The position numbers were made by a program, and so were the translations under genes. Below are positions 19,521 to 29,356 of a DNA stretch of 64,000 nt, in pieces. The notes under the pieces were generated by a model that was not told where the DNA came from, did no database searches, and saw nothing but the letters and a program-made list of their open reading frames with translations. Location of the stretch: assembly GCA_963810935.1 (NCBI GenBank), contig CAWEPK010000010.1:192001-256000 (forward strand), in the 5' to 3' direction. The stretch's first letter is position 1; every line of letters starts with the position of its first letter. Source of the stretch: an uncultured delta proteobacterium. Its GTDB lineage: Bacteria; Desulfobacterota; Syntrophorhabdia; Syntrophorhabdales; WCHB1-27.

Positions 19521-21027
19521 ATGGGGCAGGTCGAGACGAAACGGAAATCGGCAGCGCGGAAGACCATCGCGGACTTGCGGTTTTATTTTCCCGTTATCGC
19601 AGCCCAGGGGGTTATGGGCCTGGTCTGCGCGGCGCTGGCCACAAAGCTCTTTCCTCCCGAGGACTACGGTAGGTACGTACTGGCCTTCGCCGTTTATTCG
19701 CAGCTTACCCTGATCACGTCACTATGGCTACAGTTCTCGATCATCCGTTTCGCTCCTTATTACCGGGCGAAAGGCCTGTTCGACGAGTTCGCTTCGACCG
19801 TCTTCTTCACCGAGGTCCTTTTCATATGTTTCCTTGGGCTTGTCCTCCCCTTCGCGGTGCCGGTTGTCTCCGGAAGCTCGGACGGCCGCCTGACTTTCCT
19901 TTTGACCGTCGCGGCCATAGCGGCGCTTATCATCCCCTTCGTCGCGGCAGTGGAACAGTTTTACAGGATCGACGACCGCCCGAAGGCATACTCGTTCATG
20001 GTCCTTTTCAGGATCCTCTGCGGCCCGGCGCTAGGCATTTTTCTTGCCAGGCCCATGCGCCTCGGCATGGCAGGCTTCTTTTCAGGCATCGTCGCGCCCC
20101 AACTTGTGCTCTGCCTGGTCCTGCTTATCGCGAAAAGACGGAGGGTAAAATCACTTTTCGCGCGCCACTCTATCTCGCCGGCCATCCTGAAGGAGCTGCT
20201 CCTCTACAGCGCGCCGGGCGTCGCCCTCGCCACCCTTGCCTCCTCCCTTGTGCTCTCCGACCGCTACCTGCTCGCCTGGTACACGGGCGCGTACGCCCTC
20301 GCAGTTTACAGCATCGCTTACACGATAGGCAATCAAGGGGTGGAGCTCGATCACCACGGTGCTGATAGGGGCGGCCGATCCCATTGCAATGAGGCTGTGG
20401 GAGGAACAGGGGGCGGCAAAAGCGCACCCGTACATAGGCCAGATACTTCGGTATTACTCCATCCTTGCGATACCCGCGGTAGTGGCCCTTGCCGTGCTCG
20501 GCCGGCAGTTGATCCCGATACTTGCGACAGGGGCCTACAAAGAGGGCTGGCCCGTCATAGGATACGTCGCCCTGGGCGTGCTGTTTTGCGGCTACGCCCA
20601 GATACTGAGTAGGCTCTTCTTTTTCGAAAAGCGGACGACGACGCCGCTTTTGCTTTTCGGCATAGCGGCGGCCGCCAATATCCTGATAAACGTCCTTCTT
20701 CTGCCGCACTTCGGCTACATCGCGGCCGCCTGGTCGAAGGTGGCCGGATACCTGCTGCTCCTCGTCATGGTGTCGCTCGCTGCGAGGGCATCGGCTTCCG
20801 TCGGCTTCGGCTTCCGCCCCTACCTGCGCATGGCGGGCAGCGCGCTGTTCATGGGCATACTTATTTACACGATAAGGGACGCCTTCGCCTTCGCCTGGCT
20901 CAACCTGGCGCTCTGCCTGCCGGTCGGCGCCGCATCTTATTTTTCGGGTCTGGTTTTGACGGGCGAGATAAAAATCAAACACGCGGGCGGGACGCTCCAA
21001 AACCTGACATCACTGCTCAAGACTTAA
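19521..21027 (+). CDS. Wzx-type polysaccharide flippase; apparent +1 frameshift at ~20349
   Basis: PEDYG.Y, DRYLL, Y.IAY motifs; removing G20349 fuses ORF 19521 with ORF 20359 (NILINVLLLPHFGYIAAAWS). Confidence 0.85.
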
Positions 21028-21056
21028 CGGCCTAAAGCCACAAGGGGGTGTGCATC

Positions 21057-22037
21057 ATGAAGATAGAGATAGCCTCAATCGGCGAGGCGGATTACGCGTC
21101 CTGGGATAATTTCGTCGCGACGTCGGCAAACGGAACGCTCTTCCACAAGTCGTACTGGCTGAAGGCTTCCGGCAGGCCGTTCGATCTCTGGGGCGCGTAC
21201 AAATCGGGGAACCTGGTGGCCGGTTACGTCGCTTCCCGCAAGAGCCTGCTCGGCCGGCCCATGGTCGCGGCCCCGTACCTTTCGGCCTATGCCGGGCTTA
21301 TCATGAAGAATCCCGAAGGCAGTACCGTGCATCGGATCTCTTTCCAACAGGAGACCGCCTCGGCATTCGCACGGTTTCTGCCGGAGAAATATGCCTGGGG
21401 CATATCCCTCTTTTCACCGGGCATAGATTATATGCTCCCCTTCATCTGGGACAATTTTACCGTCAGGCCCTGGTACACGTACGTCCTCGATATCTCGGAC
21501 CCTGAGAAAGTCTGGGCGGGGATCGACGGCGAATGGCGGCGCGAGATAAAAAAGGCGAAGGCCGCGGGCGTCCACGTGGTTGCCGACGTCCCCTTCGAGA
21601 AAATAGTAGAAGTGGTCAACAAGAGCTACGAAAGGCAGGGCCTGCGCTTCAGGAGCGAAGCCGCCGAGCCTTACTTCAGGGAGCTTATCATGAGGAAGCA
21701 GTGCAAGTCTTTTTTATGCGTCGACGGAAACGGCCACGATCTGTCTGGCGCGTACGCGGTCTGGGACGATAAAAGGGTCTATTCCATCCTCCAGGGTTTT
21801 ACCGACGAGCGCACCTACACGGGCGCTTCGCCTCTTTGCAAATGGGAGATGATGCAGTTCGCATCGGCGGCAGGCATAAAAGAGATGGACCTGGAAGGGA
21901 CGATGCTGCCGAGGCTGGAGGCGTTTCACAGGCGCTTCGGCGGCAAGCTGACCAACCATTACGAGATCAGATGGGGTAAGGCCATAGAAGCGCTGGTCTC
22001 TGTCAACCGCTTTCTCGCCCGCGTGCGCAAATCATGA
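21057..22037 (+). CDS. GNAT/FemAB-like N-acyltransferase
   Basis: WDNFV..S.NGTLFH...W, YTYVLD, RREIKKA, MDLEG, FHRRFGG. Confidence 0.8.
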   Translation: MKIEIASIGEADYASWDNFVATSANGTLFHKSYWLKASGRPFDLWGAYKSGNLVAGYVASRKSLLGRPMVAAPYLSAYAGLIMKNPEGSTVHRISFQQETASAFARFLPEKYAWGISLFSPGIDYMLPFIWDNFTVRPWYTYVLDISDPEKVWAGIDGEWRREIKKAKAAGVHVVADVPFEKIVEVVNKSYERQGLRFRSEAAEPYFRELIMRKQCKSFLCVDGNGHDLSGAYAVWDDKRVYSILQGFTDERTYTGASPLCKWEMMQFASAAGIKEMDLEGTMLPRLEAFHRRFGGKLTNHYEIRWGKAIEALVSVNRFLARVRKS

Positions 22038-23572
22038 CCATGCGCCTCCTTATACATATCGACTCCGACATGTCCGGCCGGGAAATCGCGAGGAGCGCCT
22101 ATAGCTGGTCCCTCATTGCAAGGTCGCTGGGGATAGCCGCGGTTATTACGGACAGGACGGGCGGGCGGGGAGACCGCAGCGGCACGTGGTTTACGGTATG
22201 GTACGCGAGGCAGGCCCCGGCGGGGCGGCAGTACGACCTGTTCATTCCCCGCGTGCCCGTGCGGGGGACTGCTGCATTCAAGCGCCTGGGCGGCATGCAC
22301 CTTTTGTGCGGCATTGACGAGCCTGAGTTCGCAGCAAACGGCAACGAGCTTGGATTCGATATCATCTCGGCCATCTTTCACCTCGCTTCCGGCAGCGAGG
22401 AACACCGGGGGTCCGTCCGCGACGCGCTGGGCAGGCTCGATGAAAAACATTCTTTTCTTTGCTCGCACGGCGTCGCCGGGCTTCCATTGGTCGATCTCTA
22501 TATCCGGCTGCTCAAAGAACGGATAGCCGCGAAAGAGGGCGCGCCCCCGTTGGAGGCAAGCTGGCCGGGCGGGAAGAAGTTCGCCCTGGCCCTCTCCCAC
22601 GATATTGACAGCGTGACCGGTAACAGCTTAACGGCGGTCCGGAACAGCTTTGCGAGGGCCGCAGCAGAGAAATCTGCGGCAGGGAAGATACGCATGTCTG
22701 CCGCAGCGCTCCGAAGGGCGGCTGCGCTGCCCCTTAGGTATGCCCTCGGCCTTCCGCCCTGGCTGACCAGGATGGAACGCGGGCTCGAGGCCGCCTGCCG
22801 CATCGAGGAGCGCTATTCCGTGCGCTCGACGTTTTTCGTCTTCTCCCCGCGCCTGCGGCCGGCCCACCCTCTTGACGACCCATATTCCCCAAAGGATAAG
22901 ATCCGTTACGCGGGGATTTGGACGAACTTCCTCGATGTGCTGAGCACAATCGGCCGCTTCGGGTGGGAGGTCGGCCTCCACGGCAGCTTCAGGAGCCATT
23001 CCGACCCCGTTATGCTCGGCCGCCAGAAGCAGGCGCTGGAATCGGCCGTCGGCCTTCCTGTGCGCTCCGTCCGGCAGCACTACCTTTGCTTCGAGAACGA
23101 CTCGACGTGGATCGCCCAGGAGGCAGCCGGCTTCTACTGCGACTCCACGCACGGGTACAACAGGCTCTCCGGCTTCAGGGGTTCGTGCTGCCTGCCTTTC
23201 CGGCCGTACAGCCTTTCGCAGGGCCGCGAGCTGGGCATGTGGGAGGCCCCGCTCAACGTTCAGGATTGCGCTATCGATATGCATCAAATCGGCGAGGAGA
23301 ACGCATGCATGCGCGCGCTCGACCTGCTGTCAATTGTGGCGGGGGTGGGCGGAGCGGCTACGATCTCGTGGCACCTCGACCGGTTCTCCGACCCTCGTTA
23401 TCGCGGTCTCGGAAGCATGTACGAGCGCATCATCTCATGGGCAGAGGAGAAGGACGCCTTCATCGGCTCGGTGAGACAGGTAATGGATGCATGGGAAAAG
23501 AGATCCGCGGGCGCAAGTGTCGAGCTCGACCTCGAAGGAGGCCGGATGGAGGCAGCCAAGCATGGACATTGA
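22034..23572 (+). CDS. polysaccharide deacetylase-fold protein
   Basis: LSHDID, STFF, EVGLHGS, RQHYL, DST.GY....GFR, ISWH. Confidence 0.8.
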   Translation: MTMRLLIHIDSDMSGREIARSAYSWSLIARSLGIAAVITDRTGGRGDRSGTWFTVWYARQAPAGRQYDLFIPRVPVRGTAAFKRLGGMHLLCGIDEPEFAANGNELGFDIISAIFHLASGSEEHRGSVRDALGRLDEKHSFLCSHGVAGLPLVDLYIRLLKERIAAKEGAPPLEASWPGGKKFALALSHDIDSVTGNSLTAVRNSFARAAAEKSAAGKIRMSAAALRRAAALPLRYALGLPPWLTRMERGLEAACRIEERYSVRSTFFVFSPRLRPAHPLDDPYSPKDKIRYAGIWTNFLDVLSTIGRFGWEVGLHGSFRSHSDPVMLGRQKQALESAVGLPVRSVRQHYLCFENDSTWIAQEAAGFYCDSTHGYNRLSGFRGSCCLPFRPYSLSQGRELGMWEAPLNVQDCAIDMHQIGEENACMRALDLLSIVAGVGGAATISWHLDRFSDPRYRGLGSMYERIISWAEEKDAFIGSVRQVMDAWEKRSAGASVELDLEGGRMEAAKHGH

Positions 23573-24701
23573 TATCTGCAGAAGCGCGCAGGACCTCGAA
23601 CGGATGCGGACAGAGTGGGACAGCCTGCTCGATAGGAGCGAAAACCGTGACGTGCTCCATTCGCATCTCTGGTACGCCTCCTGGGGCGAGGCTTTCACCC
23701 GGCCCGGCGATATGCTGGTCCTCTCCGCAAGAGAAGGGGGAAGGCTGAAGGCGGTGCTGCCATTGATGAAACGGCGCTACCGGAGGGGCGGGCTCGCCAT
23801 AAACGGCCTTGCATCGATGACGAACCGCTGCTCGGCTCTTTTCGACCTCCTCTCGGACGACCCCTCGCCCGGACTGCTGGGCGCCCTTTTCCGCAAGGCC
23901 TTCAAATCGACACACCGAGCCATAATAACCCTCGAAAAGATCAGCGGAGATTCGCTCGTTATGAGACATATAGAGGCAGCGGCTGAGGCAGGCCGTTTTC
24001 TGTACCTCGCCCGGCCGGTCACGGAAAGCTGGACGGTGCACATCGACTCGGCCTTCGAGCCGTTCTTCAACGGCCGGGAGTCGAAGTTCAAAAAGAACAT
24101 GCGTGCGGCAGAGAGAAAGTCGGCAGTCAACGGCCCGCTCAAGCTGTTTCAACCCACCGGGCCTGAGGAGCTCGGCGCCTATCTCGACCGGGGTTTCTTG
24201 CTCCAGTCGAACGGATGGAAGGGCCGCGAGGGCACGGCGATCATGCAGAACGAGCAGGCGCAGAAGTTCTATAAAAGCATTGCTGCGAAAGGCTTCGAGG
24301 CAGGATGGCTCCGCTACATGCTGCTGGCGAGCAACGGCGACGATATGTCTTTCATGTACTGCCTGGGGGCATTCGGCACCATCCACGCGCTTGAGATAGG
24401 CATGGACGAGCGCTTCAGGAACCTGGGAGCGGGGATGGTCGTCACAAAGAAGATGCTGGAGCAGGTCTTCGCCGAAAAGCAGTTCGACGCATGGGACTTC
24501 GGCGAGGGGCGCGACAGGTGGAAAAGGGACTGGTCCAACGGCAGGGAATTGAAGTACAACCTCTTCGTCTTCCCGAAGAACCCCCTGGGTATCTTCCTCC
24601 ACACCTGCGCCCGGTATTACGATAACCGCCACCCATACCACCCGTTCGGCGAGGAAGAGACCGGCGAGGGTGCTAAAGACCCCAAGGAGGAGAGGCAATG
24701 A
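23562..24701 (+). CDS. GNAT family N-acetyltransferase (CelD/BcsL-like)
   Basis: W..L......F....W-like N-terminus, AVLPL, GWKG, WDFGEG....K..W; ATG at 23562 after GGAGG. Confidence 0.8.
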   Translation: MDIDICRSAQDLERMRTEWDSLLDRSENRDVLHSHLWYASWGEAFTRPGDMLVLSAREGGRLKAVLPLMKRRYRRGGLAINGLASMTNRCSALFDLLSDDPSPGLLGALFRKAFKSTHRAIITLEKISGDSLVMRHIEAAAEAGRFLYLARPVTESWTVHIDSAFEPFFNGRESKFKKNMRAAERKSAVNGPLKLFQPTGPEELGAYLDRGFLLQSNGWKGREGTAIMQNEQAQKFYKSIAAKGFEAGWLRYMLLASNGDDMSFMYCLGAFGTIHALEIGMDERFRNLGAGMVVTKKMLEQVFAEKQFDAWDFGEGRDRWKRDWSNGRELKYNLFVFPKNPLGIFLHTCARYYDNRHPYHPFGEEETGEGAKDPKEERQ

Positions 24702-25885
24702 CGCGCCCGGCAGCGCAAGCCTATTGCGAGTGGCGGCCCTCCCGTATGCAGGAGTTGCATGGGAGCGTCCGAAGGGCCGGTTGGGCCGGCTCGTGGTTCC
24801 CCGAAAGCGAGGTCCATTTTACGTACAGAGGCAGGACGGCGCTCCGCCGCCTTTGCGACATCATGGGGCTCGCAGGGTCGGAGGTCCTTGTGCCCGCTTA
24901 CAATTGCGGCGCAGAGACGGAGCCTTACATCGACGGTGGCGCAAAGATAGTCCCCTACCGCGTGGACTACGGGGCGCAGGTAGACATCGAAGACATACGC
25001 AGATGCATATCCGAAAGGACGAAGGCGCTCCACGTGACCTATTATTTCGGCTTCCCCCAGCCGATCGACGAGATCAGGGGCTTGTGCCTCAAGAACGACA
25101 TCTTTCTTATCGAAGACTGCGCGCTTGCCCTTTTCAGCGGCTTCAAGGGAAAGAAACTGGGGAGCTGGGGGGACGCTGCAATCTTCAGCCTGCCGAAAAG
25201 CCTTCCTCTGACGGACGGCGGCGCGCTTGTCATAAACAACCCGCGCCTGCGCACTTCATGGCAGAAGAGGCACGTCCCGCTGATGCGGACTGCGAGGGGA
25301 GCGATCTCACTATCCGCCGCAGCGCTCTTAAGGAGGCTTTCGGTGAGCGACGTCCTGCACGCCATTTTTCTATCGCTCCATAGCCGGCGTGTAGCCAAAG
25401 AGCTGGCATCGATGCCGTCAGTGCCGGAGACGGACGTCCTGCCCGATGTCGCACGGTGGATGCACTATTCCGAGGATTTTAGGGACAGGGCGCTGTCGGG
25501 CCTGTCCGGGCGCCTGCTGAAAGCAGTCGATGAGAAGGAGGTCGTCCGTCTTCGCCGCCGCAATTATACGCTCCTGGCCTCTCTTCTTCCCGACCGGCCG
25601 GACCTCAAGCCTCTCTATGCAGACCTTCCTCCGGATGTATGCCCCCTTGGCCTGCCCGTCCTGTGTAACGACCGGGAACGGCTCTACAAGTCCTTGCTCG
25701 CATCGGGCATATGGAGCGCCATATGGTGGCCCGGCTTCCCGAGGAACATGGACTGGGGCCCCTTTTCAGCAGCGCGCTTCCTGAAAAACCATGTGCTGTT
25801 GCTGCCAGTCCACCAGGGCTTGCGCGGGAAGGATATAGAACAGATTGCCCGCGCCCTGGCGGCAGGGATAGAAGACCTTACGTAG
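24698..25885 (+). CDS. divergent DegT-family PLP-dependent aminotransferase
   Basis: GRTAL, VLVPAYNC, YYFG, IEDCA, FSLPKSLPLTDGG, LLPVHQ. Confidence 0.75.
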   Translation: MTRPAAQAYCEWRPSRMQELHGSVRRAGWAGSWFPESEVHFTYRGRTALRRLCDIMGLAGSEVLVPAYNCGAETEPYIDGGAKIVPYRVDYGAQVDIEDIRRCISERTKALHVTYYFGFPQPIDEIRGLCLKNDIFLIEDCALALFSGFKGKKLGSWGDAAIFSLPKSLPLTDGGALVINNPRLRTSWQKRHVPLMRTARGAISLSAAALLRRLSVSDVLHAIFLSLHSRRVAKELASMPSVPETDVLPDVARWMHYSEDFRDRALSGLSGRLLKAVDEKEVVRLRRRNYTLLASLLPDRPDLKPLYADLPPDVCPLGLPVLCNDRERLYKSLLASGIWSAIWWPGFPRNMDWGPFSAARFLKNHVLLLPVHQGLRGKDIEQIARALAAGIEDLT

Positions 25886-25889
25886 GAAG

Positions 25890-25930
25890 GGGCAGGCACT
25901 GCTCCGGGCAGTCCGAAGCAGTGCCTGCCC
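25890..25930. terminator. strong hairpin between convergent genes, probable bidirectional terminator
   Basis: Perfect 14-bp inverted repeat GGGCAGGCACTGCT (25890-25903) / AGCAGTGCCTGCCC (25917-25930); no clear U-tract. Confidence 0.6.
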
Positions 25931-25948
25931 GCAAACCATCTACACCTC

Positions 25949-27094
25949 TCATTGAAGCGAGAAGTAGAATTCCATATCGTAGCTGTTTCCCACGGCATAC
26001 TCCGGGCTGCCCGCCGAGGCGAGATAACCGTCTATAAATGACGGGATCATGTACTGCGAAGCAACCGAGCCCTTTTGCAAGGCGCGGTTGAGAGTGCCGT
26101 TGACGGTCAGTGTGTAGCTTACGCCGTTCGTCAATGTGATCGGGGAAGGGAAGACATAAGTCCCCCAATTTGCAAGCGGACCTGCACCCATCAAGGCCGA
26201 TGCAATTACCGTGCTGCCTTGCGCAAGGCTAAAGCTGAGTCCCGAACCGCCTACGTTTAAGGCGGTCACGATCTTATCGCCGCCTGACACCGTAAAGGTT
26301 TCTACAGCCGGGGCGGAGATGCCATTGGTATCGCAATACCCAGTGCCCTGTACGTAGCCATCGGCGTACCACACGTTATAGTCAGGAACACCCTGATCCC
26401 CCGGAAGTGACCACGAACCATTCCCACCGTACATCGCAGTCAGGATGTACGAAGGGTCAAAGGGCTGCGCAAAAGTCGTAGAGCTGTGTGCCTCCGTATC
26501 AAGACTCACGTAGTTCACAGTTGGGCTTGGATCGATATTTATAAGAACAATGTGGTAGATCGTTCCGGCAGTCAGCGAAATGGAGGGAAGCGTGAAGGTT
26601 GATATAATGCTGCCCTTAGCCGAATACGCCGCTGTAGTATCCGTACCCGTCCAAACAACACTGTTCATGTTCGGATAATGGTTTGCGCTGCCGTCGTCGT
26701 TACAGAGCTGCCACTGAATTGTGCCACCCGTTCCGCCCATATAACCGGGAGTCACGTTCTCGTACTGGAGCGAAAGACGCACCACGGCTCCGGTGTGTTC
26801 GCACAGGAAACGGGCGTCGACCTGTCCGTTTGGACCAATTTGGAGGTTCTCAAGGAAGCCCATGTAGACCCCGCTGCCGTAATAGGGGTTCCCGGACTGT
26901 GTTATGGCGGTGCCGCCGCCCGATCCGCTGCCTGATGAGCCTCCACTCGTGCTTCCAGTGTCGCCCCTTGAGCCTGAAGCGCCGGTAACCGAAGGCCCCG
27001 TAGCTGTCCCTGTGCCGGGCGACGAGCTGCTGCCCCCGCCGGAACACGCGAAAGAGACTACGAGACAGCAAAGTAGAACTACAAATAGCTTCAT
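25949..27094 (-). CDS. hypothetical surface lipoprotein with Gly/Ser linker and beta-rich domains
   Basis: MKLFVVLLCCLVVSFAC signal ending in a lipobox-like Cys; AGGAGG RBS; G/S/T linker; T/S/G/Y/N-rich mature part. Confidence 0.8.
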   Translation of the reverse strand: MKLFVVLLCCLVVSFACSGGGSSSSPGTGTATGPSVTGASGSRGDTGSTSGGSSGSGSGGGTAITQSGNPYYGSGVYMGFLENLQIGPNGQVDARFLCEHTGAVVRLSLQYENVTPGYMGGTGGTIQWQLCNDDGSANHYPNMNSVVWTGTDTTAAYSAKGSIISTFTLPSISLTAGTIYHIVLINIDPSPTVNYVSLDTEAHSSTTFAQPFDPSYILTAMYGGNGSWSLPGDQGVPDYNVWYADGYVQGTGYCDTNGISAPAVETFTVSGGDKIVTALNVGGSGLSFSLAQGSTVIASALMGAGPLANWGTYVFPSPITLTNGVSYTLTVNGTLNRALQKGSVASQYMIPSFIDGYLASAGSPEYAVGNSYDMEFYFSLQ

Positions 27095-27335
27095 TACTTC
27101 TTCCTCCTATCTACTCGCTTATCTGTTTGGTGGGTAGTAGAGCCGTCCAATTTAACGGGCTCTCCCTCTTTGGAGTCTTCCGAAACCTCCTTTCCTTTTT
27201 TAGCGCCGTTTTCGGACCTTACCACCAGGCGCGAAAGGAGTATAGCCGATTTATAAATCGAAAGTCTACATTAATTTGTACTAAACCTAATATCCACGTA
27301 GGTATGCTTTAGAACGACAACCTTTCCGACGGAGG

Positions 27336-28487
27336 ATGCAATTGATATTACTCGTCGCATTCTGGCTCCTGGCCGGCGTTGTACTATACGTTTACGCAGG
27401 TTATCCCCTCATCGTTCAGTACCTGGGACGGCGCAATACAGGCAGGCGCTTACCGGGCGGAGCCGATTTCTTCCCATTCGTTTCTCTCATCATCACCGCG
27501 TACAACGAAGAGGACAGCATCCGGGAAAAAATCATCAACTCCCTCAGTCTGGCCTACCCGCATGACCGGCTGGAGATCATCGTGGCCTCCGACGGGTCGA
27601 CCGACCGTACCGACGAGATAGTGCGGGAGTTTGCGCACAGAGGCATCCGGCTGGTCAGACTGCCGTCGAACAAGGGAAAGAGCGCGGCCCAGAACGCGGG
27701 CGTCGCACATGCGAGCGGCGAGGTCGTGGTCTTCTGCGACGCGGATGTAGAGCTGGACGAAGACACGCTGGCAGCTATAATAAGGCCCTTTGCCGACAGG
27801 CGGGTGGGCTGCGTCACCGGCAAGATACGCTACGTAAAAAGCGCGGAAACGGGAGTGACGAGGGGCGAGAACCTGTACTGGAGGTATGAGTTCAACCTCA
27901 GGAAACAGGAGAGCGACTTCGGCAACCTGGCGATGGGCAGCGGCCTGCTCGCTATCCGAAAAAAACTATTCAAGCCGCTCGATTCCGACGTCGGCGACGA
28001 TTTCGTCCTTCCCATGAAGACGGCCGTCCAGGGGTACCGGGTCGTCTTCGAGCCGGACGCGCGGGGACGCACAATGCTCTACCAGAGCCACGCGGAAGAC
28101 ATGTTCGCGACGAAGCTCCGGATAATAACAAAGGACCTCCGCGGCCTGTTCTTTTGCAAGGAGATACTCAATCCGTTCGCTCACCCCTTTTATGCGTGGG
28201 GTCTGCTCTCCCACAAGCTCCTGAGATGGCTCGTGCCATACTTTTTGATCGGCCTTTTCGCCGTAAGCCTGGCGCTGCGCCATCTCCCCTTCTACGGCGT
28301 GGCGGTCGTAGCCCAGGCTGTTTTCTATACCCTCGCGCTCGTCAACCTCGCTATGGGGGCACGCGGCAGGGAGCTACGCCTTCTTTACATCCCATCCTGC
28401 TTCTTCCTTATAAACTCGGCTGCATTTCTGGGGGTGATAAGGTTCGTGACGGGCGGCAAGTCGGGCCGCTGGCAGCCGGTGAGGTGA
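27336..28487 (+). CDS. glycosyltransferase family 2
   Basis: ITAYNEE, SDGSTD, GK..A.N, FCDAD, DDF, HKLLRW; GGAGG RBS. Confidence 0.92.
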   Translation: MQLILLVAFWLLAGVVLYVYAGYPLIVQYLGRRNTGRRLPGGADFFPFVSLIITAYNEEDSIREKIINSLSLAYPHDRLEIIVASDGSTDRTDEIVREFAHRGIRLVRLPSNKGKSAAQNAGVAHASGEVVVFCDADVELDEDTLAAIIRPFADRRVGCVTGKIRYVKSAETGVTRGENLYWRYEFNLRKQESDFGNLAMGSGLLAIRKKLFKPLDSDVGDDFVLPMKTAVQGYRVVFEPDARGRTMLYQSHAEDMFATKLRIITKDLRGLFFCKEILNPFAHPFYAWGLLSHKLLRWLVPYFLIGLFAVSLALRHLPFYGVAVVAQAVFYTLALVNLAMGARGRELRLLYIPSCFFLINSAAFLGVIRFVTGGKSGRWQPVR

Positions 28488-28489
28488 TA

Positions 28490-29356
28490 ATGAAGAATAT
28501 TCTGACCATTGACGTCGAAGACTGGTACCAATCCTCGATAGACGTGCTGCGGGCGAAGGGTTACGCAGCACAGGGCCGCCCTGTGCCGACAGCGAGCGTC
28601 GTCGCCAACACCCTGCACCTGCTCGATATACTATCGGAGTTCGGCGCAAAGGCAACCTGCTTCGTTCTGGGCTCGGTGGCAGAGACGTATCCCTTCCTCG
28701 TCCGCCGCATAGCGGACGCAGGACACGAGGTGGCCACCCATGGGTACGGCCACGAGCTCGTCTACGCACTCGACAGGGAAAGGTTCCGCTCGGACGTCGC
28801 CCTCTCCAAGAAATTGCTCGAAGATATTACCGGGCGAGCGGTGGAGGGTTACCGGGCGCCCTACTTCTCGATCACTCCCCGCTCGGCCTGGGCGCTAGAT
28901 GTGCTCGCCGAATCGGGGATCAAGTATGATTCGAGCATTTTCCCCATCCGCAGGGGACTTTACGGCTTCCCCGGCGGCAAGCGCTTCCCACATACGATGG
29001 ACCTGGCGGAAGGCCGGGCGCTCCTCGAGCTGCCCGTCTCTACATTGCGGGTGCTCGGCCAGAACCTTCCCTTCGGCGGCGGGGGCTATTTCCGCCTCGC
29101 GCCGTACTCATTCGTCAAAAACAGCCTCCTGTCCGTAAACAGGGCACGGCAGGTCGGGGTCTTCTATGTGCACCCTTACGAGCTCGATACCGAAGAGCTG
29201 AAATCACCACTGCCTGCCGAGAACCGGCGCACGCGCGTCTTCCGATGGAGCCAGCGGCTTAACCGCGAGAAGACGGAGCCCAAGATAGGCAGGCTGCTCA
29301 CCGACTTCGCATGGACATCGATCCGCGAGTGGGCCAATGGCGAAAACGGCCGTTAA
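28490..29356 (+). CDS. polysaccharide deacetylase (DUF3473 / XrtA-system-like)
   Basis: TIDVEDWY, ATCFVLG, HEVATHGYGH, GYRAP.FS, YDSS, GGGYFRL, YVHPYELD; start at ATG 28490. Confidence 0.88.
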   Translation: MKNILTIDVEDWYQSSIDVLRAKGYAAQGRPVPTASVVANTLHLLDILSEFGAKATCFVLGSVAETYPFLVRRIADAGHEVATHGYGHELVYALDRERFRSDVALSKKLLEDITGRAVEGYRAPYFSITPRSAWALDVLAESGIKYDSSIFPIRRGLYGFPGGKRFPHTMDLAEGRALLELPVSTLRVLGQNLPFGGGGYFRLAPYSFVKNSLLSVNRARQVGVFYVHPYELDTEELKSPLPAENRRTRVFRWSQRLNREKTEPKIGRLLTDFAWTSIREWANGENGR

